Positions 40,166-49,031 of a stretch of 64,000 nt of DNA are shown in pieces. This DNA is from a virus. The stretch is from positions 1-64,000 of IMG/VR virus record IMGVR_UViG_3300028388_003280; one strand, given 5' to 3'. The translations under genes were made by a program, and so were the position numbers. Within the stretch, counting starts at the first letter, position 1. Each line of letters starts with the position of its first letter. Below the pieces are notes generated by a model. It was given only the letters and a program-made list of their open reading frames with translations, did no database searches and was not told where the DNA came from.

Positions 40166-42012
40166 TGCCAAAACTAGTCGTCGTATTCTACGGCAGATTT
40201 CAGCCACCCCACCTGGGGCACATCGAGACGTATAAGGACCTGGCCAAGAAGTTCGGGTCCAAAAACGTGTACGTGGCGACATCTGATAAGACCGATCCTG
40301 ATCGCAGCCCGCTGCCGTTCAAGGTGAAGACTAAGCTGCTGCAGAACCTAGGCATTCCGGCGAGTCAGATTCTGAAGACTCGCCGAAACTACAATGCCGA
40401 CGAGATCAAGCAGGTGCTTGGTTTGAGAGACTTCTCTGACTTCATCTTCGTGGTGGCGGTCGGTGAGAAGGATGCTTCACGACTAGGCGGTGGGAAGTTC
40501 TTCCAGGAGTTCCCGAGATCAAAGAAAGACCTCCAGACTGCAGATCAGACTGGATACTACTTTGTCCGCCGCGGCAAGATGCGAAGTGCAACAAAGCTCC
40601 GTGATGTCTTGCGTCAGGATGAGCTCAGCGCGCAGGACCTCAAGTTCCTGATGCAGCAGACCGGTCTCAAGAAGCGGGGTGTGATGCAATTGAAGAAGCT
40701 CGTCGAACATCAACAGCGTAAGAAGACCTGGGGTGCACTACTTAACGGTCAGGCTGCACTACTTAGCGAGGGTGGTGCTGGTGGGCATATGCTCCACCCA
40801 TTTGAAGACCTCACTATGTCGTTTGGTGAGATGAAGAGCATCATCGAGGCCTCTTTCGACGGACAGCTCGACGTCGTCGCTAGCAAGGGCGGTGGTGACG
40901 TCCGCGAAAAGACTGACGGACAGAACCTGTTCGCAACGGTCATTGATGGTAAGGTCCGGTTCGCACGTAACAAGACACACCTCCGTAACCGTGGCCGCAA
41001 TGCCATGTCTATCAAGGACATCCAGACGAAGTGGGCAGACAAGCCAGACATCCAGGCTGCATTCCTTGATGGCGGCCGTGCATTGAAGAAGGGGTTTGAG
41101 TCCCTGCCGCAAAAGGTACAGGACGAGATCTTTGGAAACGGTGAGCGCTGGATCAACTTTGAGGTCATTTCACAGAAGAACCCCAACGTCATCAACTACG
41201 ACAAGGACCTGATTGTCTTCCACGATATCCAGGTCGTCGACATCAACGGAACTGTGACTGGTGTTGCAGCAAAGCAGTCTGCCAAGCTGTACAAGATCTT
41301 CGCAGATGCCGAGAAGCAGGCCGAGACCAAGATCCCCATCCAGCCCCCACCGTATGTCCGTGCCGCTACAGACATGAACCTCGACTTCGGACCTGAGAAG
41401 TACCGCTTCCTAGCAGACATTGACCGCTTCGCCAAGAAGTACGGCCTAGGGGACAGTGACACAGTGGGGGATGCGATGGTCACAGCGTGGAATCGCATGC
41501 TGGATGGTGTCGAGGACAAGTACACGGTCACCATCCCACCCGCACTTCGCCAAAAGCTCATCCAGCGCTTCGTCTATGGCAACAAGGCCTATCGTATCAC
41601 ATCGTTGCCAAAGGATCTTCCTGATGCTGCAGCCATCGACGCCATCAAGTCTATGGACAAGAGCTCGAGGGACATCAACAAGAGCATCATGGAGCCGCTA
41701 GAGCTCACTATCTTGGCATTTGGTACTGAGCTGTTGACGGCCATGAAGAAGTTCATCGCGGCGTCGCCTGAAAAGAGCGCCGCGAAGCTCAAGGCCGACA
41801 TCGACAAGCAGATCGCCACGATCCGCAAGTCCAAGAACGCTGAAGACATTGCCCGCATGGAAGTCATGCTCAAGAAGATCCAGGCTGCAGGCGGTTTCGA
41901 CAAGCTTGTTCCGTCTGAGGGACTTGTCTTCCGCTACAAGGGCAAGATCATCAAGATCACTGGCCTGTTCGCGCCAGTAAATCAACTCATGGGAATCGGG
42001 AGGTTCGGATGA
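40165..42012 (+). CDS. cytidylyltransferase-like (HxGH) domain fused to an ATP-dependent ligase-like domain
   Basis: GRFQPPHLGH and RSAT.LR; then EKTDG, FEVI, EGLV and KIT ligase-type motifs. Confidence 0.8.
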   Translation: MPKLVVVFYGRFQPPHLGHIETYKDLAKKFGSKNVYVATSDKTDPDRSPLPFKVKTKLLQNLGIPASQILKTRRNYNADEIKQVLGLRDFSDFIFVVAVGEKDASRLGGGKFFQEFPRSKKDLQTADQTGYYFVRRGKMRSATKLRDVLRQDELSAQDLKFLMQQTGLKKRGVMQLKKLVEHQQRKKTWGALLNGQAALLSEGGAGGHMLHPFEDLTMSFGEMKSIIEASFDGQLDVVASKGGGDVREKTDGQNLFATVIDGKVRFARNKTHLRNRGRNAMSIKDIQTKWADKPDIQAAFLDGGRALKKGFESLPQKVQDEIFGNGERWINFEVISQKNPNVINYDKDLIVFHDIQVVDINGTVTGVAAKQSAKLYKIFADAEKQAETKIPIQPPPYVRAATDMNLDFGPEKYRFLADIDRFAKKYGLGDSDTVGDAMVTAWNRMLDGVEDKYTVTIPPALRQKLIQRFVYGNKAYRITSLPKDLPDAAAIDAIKSMDKSSRDINKSIMEPLELTILAFGTELLTAMKKFIAASPEKSAAKLKADIDKQIATIRKSKNAEDIARMEVMLKKIQAAGGFDKLVPSEGLVFRYKGKIIKITGLFAPVNQLMGIGRFG

Positions 42013-42302
42013 GCAAGTATAAGCAGAGAATCAACGAGCTCGCGGGAACGGTCCGCGAAAGTTCTGGCAGTGCAAACCTCGAGCGTGTGCTCAAGAAGCT
42101 TGAAAAGAAGGGCGTGATGAAGTCTGGAGATATCCAGTATGTGCTCAGCAATGTATGGGCTGTTGAGCCTCGCAGCGTTGCGGACATGGACGATTTCCTC
42201 AATGGTGGCACTATTGGTGATGAGCCACAATGGCCAGCTGAGGAAATCTTTAAGGCATACAGGCGAGACGTCAAGGCCTCAACGCGTCGCCCAAAGTACT
42301 AG
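42009..42302 (+). CDS. hypothetical protein with RINELAG...VRE leader
   Basis: 97 aa coupled ORF. Confidence 0.65.
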   Translation: MSKYKQRINELAGTVRESSGSANLERVLKKLEKKGVMKSGDIQYVLSNVWAVEPRSVADMDDFLNGGTIGDEPQWPAEEIFKAYRRDVKASTRRPKY

Positions 42303-42315
42303 GGTATTTAAACCT

Positions 42316-42528
42316 ATGAACCTTATCCAACGAGCACTATTTGAGCGAATGATCGACGGCGACCCTCAGATCCGCGAGCTATTTGAGGACTACGTCCGTA
42401 AGATGGGTCACAAGGATGAAGAGGCTTTGCAGATCGTCGAGTCGATCATCGCCGATGGTAAGAAGATTCTCAACGAAGATATGGACTTGGCTTCTATGGC
42501 CAAGATGGACAAGAGGAATGTGCTATGA
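42316..42528 (+). CDS. hypothetical protein
   Basis: ATG lies 5 nt after TATTTA (42305). Confidence 0.6.
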   Translation: MNLIQRALFERMIDGDPQIRELFEDYVRKMGHKDEEALQIVESIIADGKKILNEDMDLASMAKMDKRNVL

Positions 42529-42935
42529 AGATTAGTGCACTACGAAAGATGATTCGTGAAGAGGTCCGCTCTGCGGTCCGCGCCGAGTTGAAGGCTGCAC
42601 TCAATGAGTCAGCCTCCCGCCCTGCTCCTCAGAAGCAATCAGGCGAGGGTCTAGATGCCCTCCGGGCCCGCTTCAAGCAGTCGCAGCAGGGCAGTCTTAC
42701 TGAGATGTATGACGGCTTGGAGGGAAGCAAGCCAAAGGGTCGATCGAACGCATCCGAGCCTGACAACCCCCGCGAGCTTCTTGAAAATGGAGAACCGTTC
42801 GCATCTGGGGCGGGTTTGCTTGAGTGGTTCAAAGAGTCGAAGGATGAAGCTGCCTTGGCTCAGCATGAGCAAGCGCTTGCTAAGCAGGCCAAAACTGACG
42901 AATACGTCAAGAATCTAATGGGGGGAAATCGATGA
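42525..42935 (+). CDS. leader-bearing protein (MKISALRKMIREEV...LNE)
   Basis: Shared leader. Confidence 0.75.
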   Translation: MKISALRKMIREEVRSAVRAELKAALNESASRPAPQKQSGEGLDALRARFKQSQQGSLTEMYDGLEGSKPKGRSNASEPDNPRELLENGEPFASGAGLLEWFKESKDEAALAQHEQALAKQAKTDEYVKNLMGGNR

Positions 42936-43213
42936 AGCGTTCGGAGTTACGACAACTAATTCGCGAGGAGCTTGATCGCTCCATGGTGAGCGAGGCCAAG
43001 CTGCCTAAGCCTAAGTTCCTTACGAAGGACTGGTACAACAAGGCCTTCGCAGACTATGATGCAATTGAGCAGGCTGTTGGCAGCGAAGACTCTCGTGGAA
43101 ATTGGGGTCACGACCCCGACGTTCAGCGGCAGTTCGATTTGGTTGCAGACGCACTCAACAGTCTTGACACTCGCTGGAAGAAGCTACTCAGAATGGCAGC
43201 AAAGGTTCAATAA
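42932..43213 (+). CDS. leader-bearing protein (MKRSELRQLIREEL...VSE)
   Basis: Shared leader. Confidence 0.75.
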   Translation: MKRSELRQLIREELDRSMVSEAKLPKPKFLTKDWYNKAFADYDAIEQAVGSEDSRGNWGHDPDVQRQFDLVADALNSLDTRWKKLLRMAAKVQ

Positions 43214-43551
43214 TGAAGAAGTCAGAACTACGACAGCTGATCCGTGAAGAGATTGAGGCCATCAATGAGATCAGTTTCAAGAATGCAATTCAAGCAATTG
43301 GGGCCAATCTCACCGGGCCAATCAAGAAGAAGCTGGCCAAGCCCGGGAGTGTGTGGCTAAACGGCCGGTCAGCAGATCCCGATGTTGATGATATGTGGGG
43401 CGGAATGAACAAGCGTGGCAAGATCGCGGTATTTGCCGACAAGACTGCAGCCAAGATTTGGGCCACCTCTGACCTTGACCGGGCCGGGACTTCTGAATGG
43501 TACAAGTACGTGAAAGCACATCCAATGCACAAGATGATTGGAAAGAAATAA
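43213..43551 (+). CDS. leader-bearing protein (MKKSELRQLIREEI...INE)
   Basis: Shared leader. Confidence 0.75.
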   Translation: MKKSELRQLIREEIEAINEISFKNAIQAIGANLTGPIKKKLAKPGSVWLNGRSADPDVDDMWGGMNKRGKIAVFADKTAAKIWATSDLDRAGTSEWYKYVKAHPMHKMIGKK

Positions 43552-43566
43552 CACATAGGTTACAAC

Positions 43567-44310
43567 ATGCCAGCAAAGAGTAAGAATCAACAGCAGGCCG
43601 CAGGTCAAGCTCTCGCCGCAAAACGTGGTGAGCTAGCTGTTTCTAAGCTTCAGGGTGCCGCCAAGGACATGTACGACAGCATGTCTGAGAAGGAGCTCGA
43701 GAAGTTCGCCAAGACTAAGCACGATGGCTTGCCGGACAAGGTCGAAGAGGGCGCCGGAGACATGCGCCTCCTAAAGGTTGCCGTCAAGCGGGGCGCCAAC
43801 GCAGCAAAGGCCAAGAAGAAGCGATCGCCATTGATGGATCCGAAGTTCATCAAGATGATTGACCTACCAGGCGCCCGCCCTGGCAAAGACTCGCCATACT
43901 TCAAGGCGTGGCTGAAGGGGTTTGATATGGAACGTATGAACGAAGTGCGACAGATCGTCCGAGAGATGATCCTTGAAGAGCTTAGTGAAGGTAAGCCCGA
44001 GTTCGAGGTCAAGTATGCTAAGAGCAAGAGTGGTCCGATCAAGGTCACAAAGTTCATGACCAAGGAAGAAGCTTTTGAATTCCTTGCCAAGATGAAAGCA
44101 GACGGCTTCAACGGAATCGTTTCGCGCGCCGGTAAGCCGATCAAGGAATCTAGGCTCAACGAGAACGAGGACCACATCCACCAGGCGATCGCCGAGGCAC
44201 TCAAGGGCGTCAAGGATTCAAAGGGTCGTCCGGTTCGCTATGCAATTGAGACGGTCGCAAAGGGCAACCGTGGTGAGATCAAGGTTAGCGTGTACGGATC
44301 TATTGACTGA
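43567..44310 (+). CDS. multi-module protein with a DUF3008-like N-terminus
   Basis: MPAKSK.QQ.AAG.ALAAKRGE...MYDSMSEKELE.FA.TK..GLP; internal leader copy VRQIVREMILEELSE. Confidence 0.75.
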   Translation: MPAKSKNQQQAAGQALAAKRGELAVSKLQGAAKDMYDSMSEKELEKFAKTKHDGLPDKVEEGAGDMRLLKVAVKRGANAAKAKKKRSPLMDPKFIKMIDLPGARPGKDSPYFKAWLKGFDMERMNEVRQIVREMILEELSEGKPEFEVKYAKSKSGPIKVTKFMTKEEAFEFLAKMKADGFNGIVSRAGKPIKESRLNENEDHIHQAIAEALKGVKDSKGRPVRYAIETVAKGNRGEIKVSVYGSID

Positions 44311-45704
44311 TGGCAGAATATCAGGGCAAGAAGGTAGAGTTGAACAAGCCGATCCGTGGAGGGTCGAAGAAGTTTTACGTCTATGTGAAGAATGATAAGG
44401 GCAACGTGGTCAAAGTCAGCTTCGGTGACCCGAACACTGACATCAAGAGAGACGACCCTGATCGCCGTTCAAACTTCCGCGCCCGCCACAACTGTGACGA
44501 CCCTGGCCCGAAGTGGAAAGCTAGATATTGGAGCTGCAAAATGTGGGGCAAGAAAAACGTATCTGATCTAACTGAGGAAGATCGCATGAAGGGTGAAGAC
44601 CCATGCTGGGACGACTACGAGATGGTCGGCAAGAAAATGAAGGATGGAAAAGAAGTGCCTAACTGTGTTCCAAAGAACGAAGCTGCTGGTAAGCACACCC
44701 GCCGCGGCCGCAGAGAGCGTAACAAGGCTCGCACTAAGGCAAAGGCCAACCGCCTCTCACCTAAGAAGATGGGCAGCAAGCCCGTCTCACGCCTTAAGAA
44801 AGAGGCACAGGGAGACTGGACCACCTTTGGCGATCTCCCCATCGGCGCCAAGTTCCGCTTCACTGAAGAAGACGCGGACATGTACACCAAGGTGAGTGAC
44901 ACGCACTTCCGTAACCGCAATGGCAAGAGCTACCGTGAAGAGCCAACCGTTGACGTGATTCAGCAAGAGGGACGCCTGGCAGAGTCTGACACCAGGGGTT
45001 GGGATCCTGAGCTCCTGAAGATTGCACGTAAGTTTGACCGTGACGAAGTTAACCTAGGCATCAAGATTGAGAAGGAGCATGACGAGGATCCAGCAACGGA
45101 CGTCGTCAAGGACAAGAACGACCTCCTCAAGATCGCACTGGCACACCTCGAAGAGGATCCAGAGTATTACACGCATCTAGTTGACATGGAGTCGAAGTTT
45201 GAGGACACCGATGAGGCGTATTCACCATCCGAGTATCCACAGTCCCGTGATCCGTATAACGATGACTCGACAATCCCAGGCACACATCAGAGTCAGACGG
45301 GCGCAATGCCCCGTGGTTTCCGCAACCGCAAACGTGGTAAGGTGGATCATAAGCCCCTCGGCCGCGAACGACCGAGGTTGAAGGAGCAATTCTTTGGTCG
45401 TAACCATGAGCGCGTGATGCGGTCAGCTGGATTGTTGAATGAATCGATGAGTCGCTGGTGCATGTTCTACAAGGCAAAGAACGGTGACTGGTATATGGAG
45501 CTTGCACCAAATGAATATGGCGATCAGCGGGATGCCACCACATACGGGCCGTTTAGTAGCATGGACGAAGCAGACGAATACCTCAGCCGGAATTTCTCAA
45601 ATCCGGGTTCCATGCACGTCGATTCCTCCGGCACGAAGCCGGTGCCGAAGAAAAGTCCTAGCGGACGACCAGTTCAGTCGCCAAATAGGCGAGGGTACTA
45701 CTAA
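44310..45704 (+). CDS. multi-module putative polyprotein
   Basis: Short unrelated modules (FRARH.C..YWSC; PCW..Y...VPNCVP; G..IEKEH..IALAHL.EDP.YY, DUF5661-like) separated by [LIV]xE-type sites. Confidence 0.75.
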   Translation: MAEYQGKKVELNKPIRGGSKKFYVYVKNDKGNVVKVSFGDPNTDIKRDDPDRRSNFRARHNCDDPGPKWKARYWSCKMWGKKNVSDLTEEDRMKGEDPCWDDYEMVGKKMKDGKEVPNCVPKNEAAGKHTRRGRRERNKARTKAKANRLSPKKMGSKPVSRLKKEAQGDWTTFGDLPIGAKFRFTEEDADMYTKVSDTHFRNRNGKSYREEPTVDVIQQEGRLAESDTRGWDPELLKIARKFDRDEVNLGIKIEKEHDEDPATDVVKDKNDLLKIALAHLEEDPEYYTHLVDMESKFEDTDEAYSPSEYPQSRDPYNDDSTIPGTHQSQTGAMPRGFRNRKRGKVDHKPLGRERPRLKEQFFGRNHERVMRSAGLLNESMSRWCMFYKAKNGDWYMELAPNEYGDQRDATTYGPFSSMDEADEYLSRNFSNPGSMHVDSSGTKPVPKKSPSGRPVQSPNRRGYY

Positions 45705-46180
45705 TGAAGAAGTCAGAGATCCGCCAGCTGATCCGAGAAGAGATTCAACGGCTGGATGAGGCAAGCTTCGTCAAGGGTAGGGGTGCAACGGGAAAGATCG
45801 AGCTCGAACGAGACCAGTCCCCAGCTGGTCATGGCTACAGCATCAACATTAACGGCGCCTGGGGCGGATTTTGGCCTGATGATCCTAGAGATGCAGCTGT
45901 AGTTGAGATGGCGATGGTCGATGATGGCACCGAATATGGTGAAAGCCCAATCGTACATAATATAGAACCAAAGCTTCTCTACATGCATGTACTACGGCGC
46001 CTAAAGGCAGCGGGTTTGCGCAGGGTCATCAACGCGATCCGCAAGGCAGCAAAAGTTCAGCCTAATAGTCCAATTAGGCAAAGCGGCGGCGTTCGCCTTC
46101 GCGCTCTTGTCAGACCAAGCCTAAAGGGTCCGGTCCGGTTCGTCGAGTACGACTGGGGAAGATTCGAGTTCAAGCTGTAA
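45704..46180 (+). CDS. leader-bearing protein (MKKSEIRQLIREEI...LDE)
   Basis: Shared leader. Confidence 0.75.
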   Translation: MKKSEIRQLIREEIQRLDEASFVKGRGATGKIELERDQSPAGHGYSININGAWGGFWPDDPRDAAVVEMAMVDDGTEYGESPIVHNIEPKLLYMHVLRRLKAAGLRRVINAIRKAAKVQPNSPIRQSGGVRLRALVRPSLKGPVRFVEYDWGRFEFKL

Positions 46181-46184
46181 ATGG

Positions 46185-46213
46185 TTTGCAACGGCAAGCT
46201 GTTCTGATACAAC
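46185..46213 (+). promoter_or_regulatory. promoter variant TTTGCA-N17-TACAAC
   Basis: Aligns with the TGTRCA class; precedes the glycosyltransferase island. Confidence 0.5.
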
Positions 46214-46237
46214 TGCTAGGTTCCCAAAGGAGACACA

Positions 46238-47389
46238 ATGGACAAGATCCGGGTTCTACTCGTTCCCTCCGACCCTTATGGTGTGGGTCACTACAGGTCA
46301 ATCTGGCCTGCCCAAATGATGCAGAAGCTGTACCCAGACGAATTCCATGTGGATGTGCGTCTACAACAGCCAGTCACAGATGCTGATCTCGGCAAGTTCG
46401 ACATCATCCATTTCCACCGCAGACTAAACAGTGAGAGCGAAACCCTCGAGTGGATCCGGAAGTTCAAGGAATCCGGCGCAGTGGTCATCTCTGACATCGA
46501 TGACTATTGGGTGCCGTTCCCTGGCCATCCGGCTCGCATGCTTGTTTTATCTAAGCAACTGCACCTCGACATCCAGGCTATCCAGAAGGCAGCTGACTGG
46601 GTGACGACTACCACCGAGTTATACGCCAAGCATCTGCGTAAGCTCAACAAGCGTGTTCACCTGATCCCAAACGCAGTTGATCCGGCTCTATCCATGTGGG
46701 ACCGTAAACGGGCGCCGGGTGACAAGGTGCGCGTCGGTTGGATTGGTGGATCTTCCCACGAGCGAGACCTTGCCCGCATCGAAGGCATGGCCAACAAGCT
46801 GTACAATGATCCAGACCTCAAAGACAAATTCCAGATCGTCATGTGCGGCTACGATACTCGTGGAACCATGACAGAGGTTGACCCCGAAACCGGAGAGCAG
46901 CGTACTCGCAAGCTCCGCCCAGAAGAGAGCGTGTGGAACAAGTTCGAAGCTATTTTCAACGACTATGGTCGCGCGCCCGAAGACGGCTACATCCGCAGGA
47001 CTACCCTCCCTATCACCCAATATGGGAAGCACTACAACTGGCTCGACGTTTCCCTGGCCCCACTGGATCAACATACGTTCAACGAGTGCAAGTCCGAGCT
47101 AAAGCTGATCGAGACCGGGATGCACAAGATCCCAATCGTGGCATCTGACCTCTACAGGTATGCAGAGCTCATCGACCACGGCAAAAACGGCTTCTTGGTG
47201 CAGCCCCGCAGGGATCACAAGGACTGGTACAAGTATGTCAAGCAGCTCATCCTCGACGAGGACATGAGGACAGAAATGGGTCAGGCCCTCTACGACACCG
47301 TCTATCCAACCTATACCATGGAGCAGCAAACGCGAGAGCGCTGCGAGTGGTACAGATCACTGGTTTCGCAAAAGGCTGTGCAGGCGTAG
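46238..47389 (+). CDS. glycosyltransferase, GT-B fold (GT4-like)
   Basis: GVGHYR..P, DIDDYW, IPNAVD, VGWIGGSSH, LAPL...FNECKSELKLIE. Confidence 0.9.
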   Translation: MDKIRVLLVPSDPYGVGHYRSIWPAQMMQKLYPDEFHVDVRLQQPVTDADLGKFDIIHFHRRLNSESETLEWIRKFKESGAVVISDIDDYWVPFPGHPARMLVLSKQLHLDIQAIQKAADWVTTTTELYAKHLRKLNKRVHLIPNAVDPALSMWDRKRAPGDKVRVGWIGGSSHERDLARIEGMANKLYNDPDLKDKFQIVMCGYDTRGTMTEVDPETGEQRTRKLRPEESVWNKFEAIFNDYGRAPEDGYIRRTTLPITQYGKHYNWLDVSLAPLDQHTFNECKSELKLIETGMHKIPIVASDLYRYAELIDHGKNGFLVQPRRDHKDWYKYVKQLILDEDMRTEMGQALYDTVYPTYTMEQQTRERCEWYRSLVSQKAVQA

Positions 47390-47405
47390 CCGAGCACGGT
47401 AGGAT
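47377..47405 (+). promoter_or_regulatory. promoter TGTGCA-N17-TAGGAT
   Basis: Aligned copy of the motif. Confidence 0.65.
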
Positions 47406-47425
47406 TCTACAAACTGGAGGTTCCA

Positions 47426-48079
47426 ATGGAGTATCGCATGATGCGATTCGACGATGCCACTATCGAGAAAGTCATCACTTCGTGGCAGTCGCTTATCAAG
47501 CAGGTTGAGGATGATGACCTCGCCCGCAAGCTTGAGGTTTTCCTCAACGACAATGCAGATCAGTTCTTCACTGTCCCCGCCTCACCGTCTGTCAATTATG
47601 CTGCAGCCCACAACTGCATGCCTGGTGGTTTGGCTGAGCATACCCTCCGTGTGTATCGCAACTTCCACAAGCTTGTTCATGAGCACATGGACATGTTCGA
47701 CCACCCGGTGTCCGAGGACGACATCCTCGTCGCAGCCATGTTCCACGACATGGGCAAGATGGGTGACACACACAACCCATACTATCTTGAGCAGGACTCT
47801 GATTGGCACCGCCGCAGGGGCATGTTCTACCAGATGAATCCTGACATTGATTACATGCGTGTCCAGCATAGGTCTCTGTATCTCATGCAGCTCTATGGAA
47901 TCAAGGCCCCACTGCACGTGTTCAAGGCAGTGATGCTTCATGACGGCATGCACGACGAGTCGAACAAGCACTATTCCATGAAGGAGGGCCTGTTCGCACA
48001 ATTGCTCGCCCACGCCGATGTCATGGCAGCCGTTTGGGAACAGAAGCGTTACAATGACTGGCTTAGTGGGCTTGAATAG
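47426..48079 (+). CDS. HD-domain phosphohydrolase (YhaM-like)
   Basis: PAS...H...GGLAEHTLRV, FHDMGK, HDG, AD. Confidence 0.88.
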   Translation: MEYRMMRFDDATIEKVITSWQSLIKQVEDDDLARKLEVFLNDNADQFFTVPASPSVNYAAAHNCMPGGLAEHTLRVYRNFHKLVHEHMDMFDHPVSEDDILVAAMFHDMGKMGDTHNPYYLEQDSDWHRRRGMFYQMNPDIDYMRVQHRSLYLMQLYGIKAPLHVFKAVMLHDGMHDESNKHYSMKEGLFAQLLAHADVMAAVWEQKRYNDWLSGLE

Positions 48080-48170
48080 TGCCTAAATCCTTAAACTGCA
48101 ATTTTGTCCATGTGAAGCCATGGCCATTATCGTACAATAAGAAATTTGGGCTAAAGGAGTTCAAAAACAC

Positions 48171-49031
48171 ATGAGTGCACCACAGCATCCAATCTTTAGC
48201 TTGACCGACGGCATCGATCGGCCGTACTATTTTGGCATCGGAGGGATCGGAGATTTCCTACTCTTGATGGCATCATTCTACGACAGCATCGAGCCTGGCT
48301 CTGTTGATGTGGTGTTCGTCGCCAACAACATGAAGCCCCTTCGTGACATGGTTGCAGAGCCAAAAGAGAATGATGCCGTCCAGGTTCAATACTTTGATCG
48401 GGTCAACCGGTTCTGGTTCTTCCCGCGGCAGTCGTTCCCACTGGATCCACGGCTGTGGGAGCTCTTACAGTCCGACCAGCGCTGTCAAGGCACTGGTGTC
48501 ACACCGAAGGAATTCAAGTACATCGAGGACTGGAACGAATGCGGCAAGACAAATGTGTTCGAGCACTACGATGTGCAGCGTCTACCGATCTGGGCTAGGA
48601 AGTGGCCCCTGTCGAAGGACGTCGCAGTCACGATCCAGCCGTTTGGTGGAGCTGACGACCCGACCAAGGTCAAGCGAATCAGCGACAGCGAACTTCGCAG
48701 CCTCGTCATCGAGGAATTCGCTGACGTTCGGTGCACCATCATCGGCTCACCGGACGAGATTCGCCACATTGCCGGTCTAGGGCTCCCTAACAGCCCAATC
48801 CTCATATCTGATATTCGCATGGCCATGAAAGCCATCAGGCAGTCAACTGTGTATGTCGGAACAGACTCTTGGGGGAAGACAATGGCAGCACTTGCTGGCG
48901 TCCCCGAGATCATCGTTTACAAGAACCGCTACATCAATGCAACGCCCCAGCAGATGTTCGGTCAAGATGTGGATCCGGGAGACTATGTCTTCCTCCACGA
49001 TTGGGGCTTTGAGTTCCGGGAGGAATCATGA
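48171..49031 (+). CDS. GT9 / heptosyltransferase-like glycosyltransferase
   Basis: GGIGDFL, TIQPFG, YVGTDS..T.AA.AGVP. Confidence 0.7.
   Translation: MSAPQHPIFSLTDGIDRPYYFGIGGIGDFLLLMASFYDSIEPGSVDVVFVANNMKPLRDMVAEPKENDAVQVQYFDRVNRFWFFPRQSFPLDPRLWELLQSDQRCQGTGVTPKEFKYIEDWNECGKTNVFEHYDVQRLPIWARKWPLSKDVAVTIQPFGGADDPTKVKRISDSELRSLVIEEFADVRCTIIGSPDEIRHIAGLGLPNSPILISDIRMAMKAIRQSTVYVGTDSWGKTMAALAGVPEIIVYKNRYINATPQQMFGQDVDPGDYVFLHDWGFEFREES

Noticed and set aside
37039-45745. Leader repeats as a CRISPR array or attC-like DNA sites
   Set aside because: The copies are coding, vary synonymously, are not palindromic and are irregularly spaced
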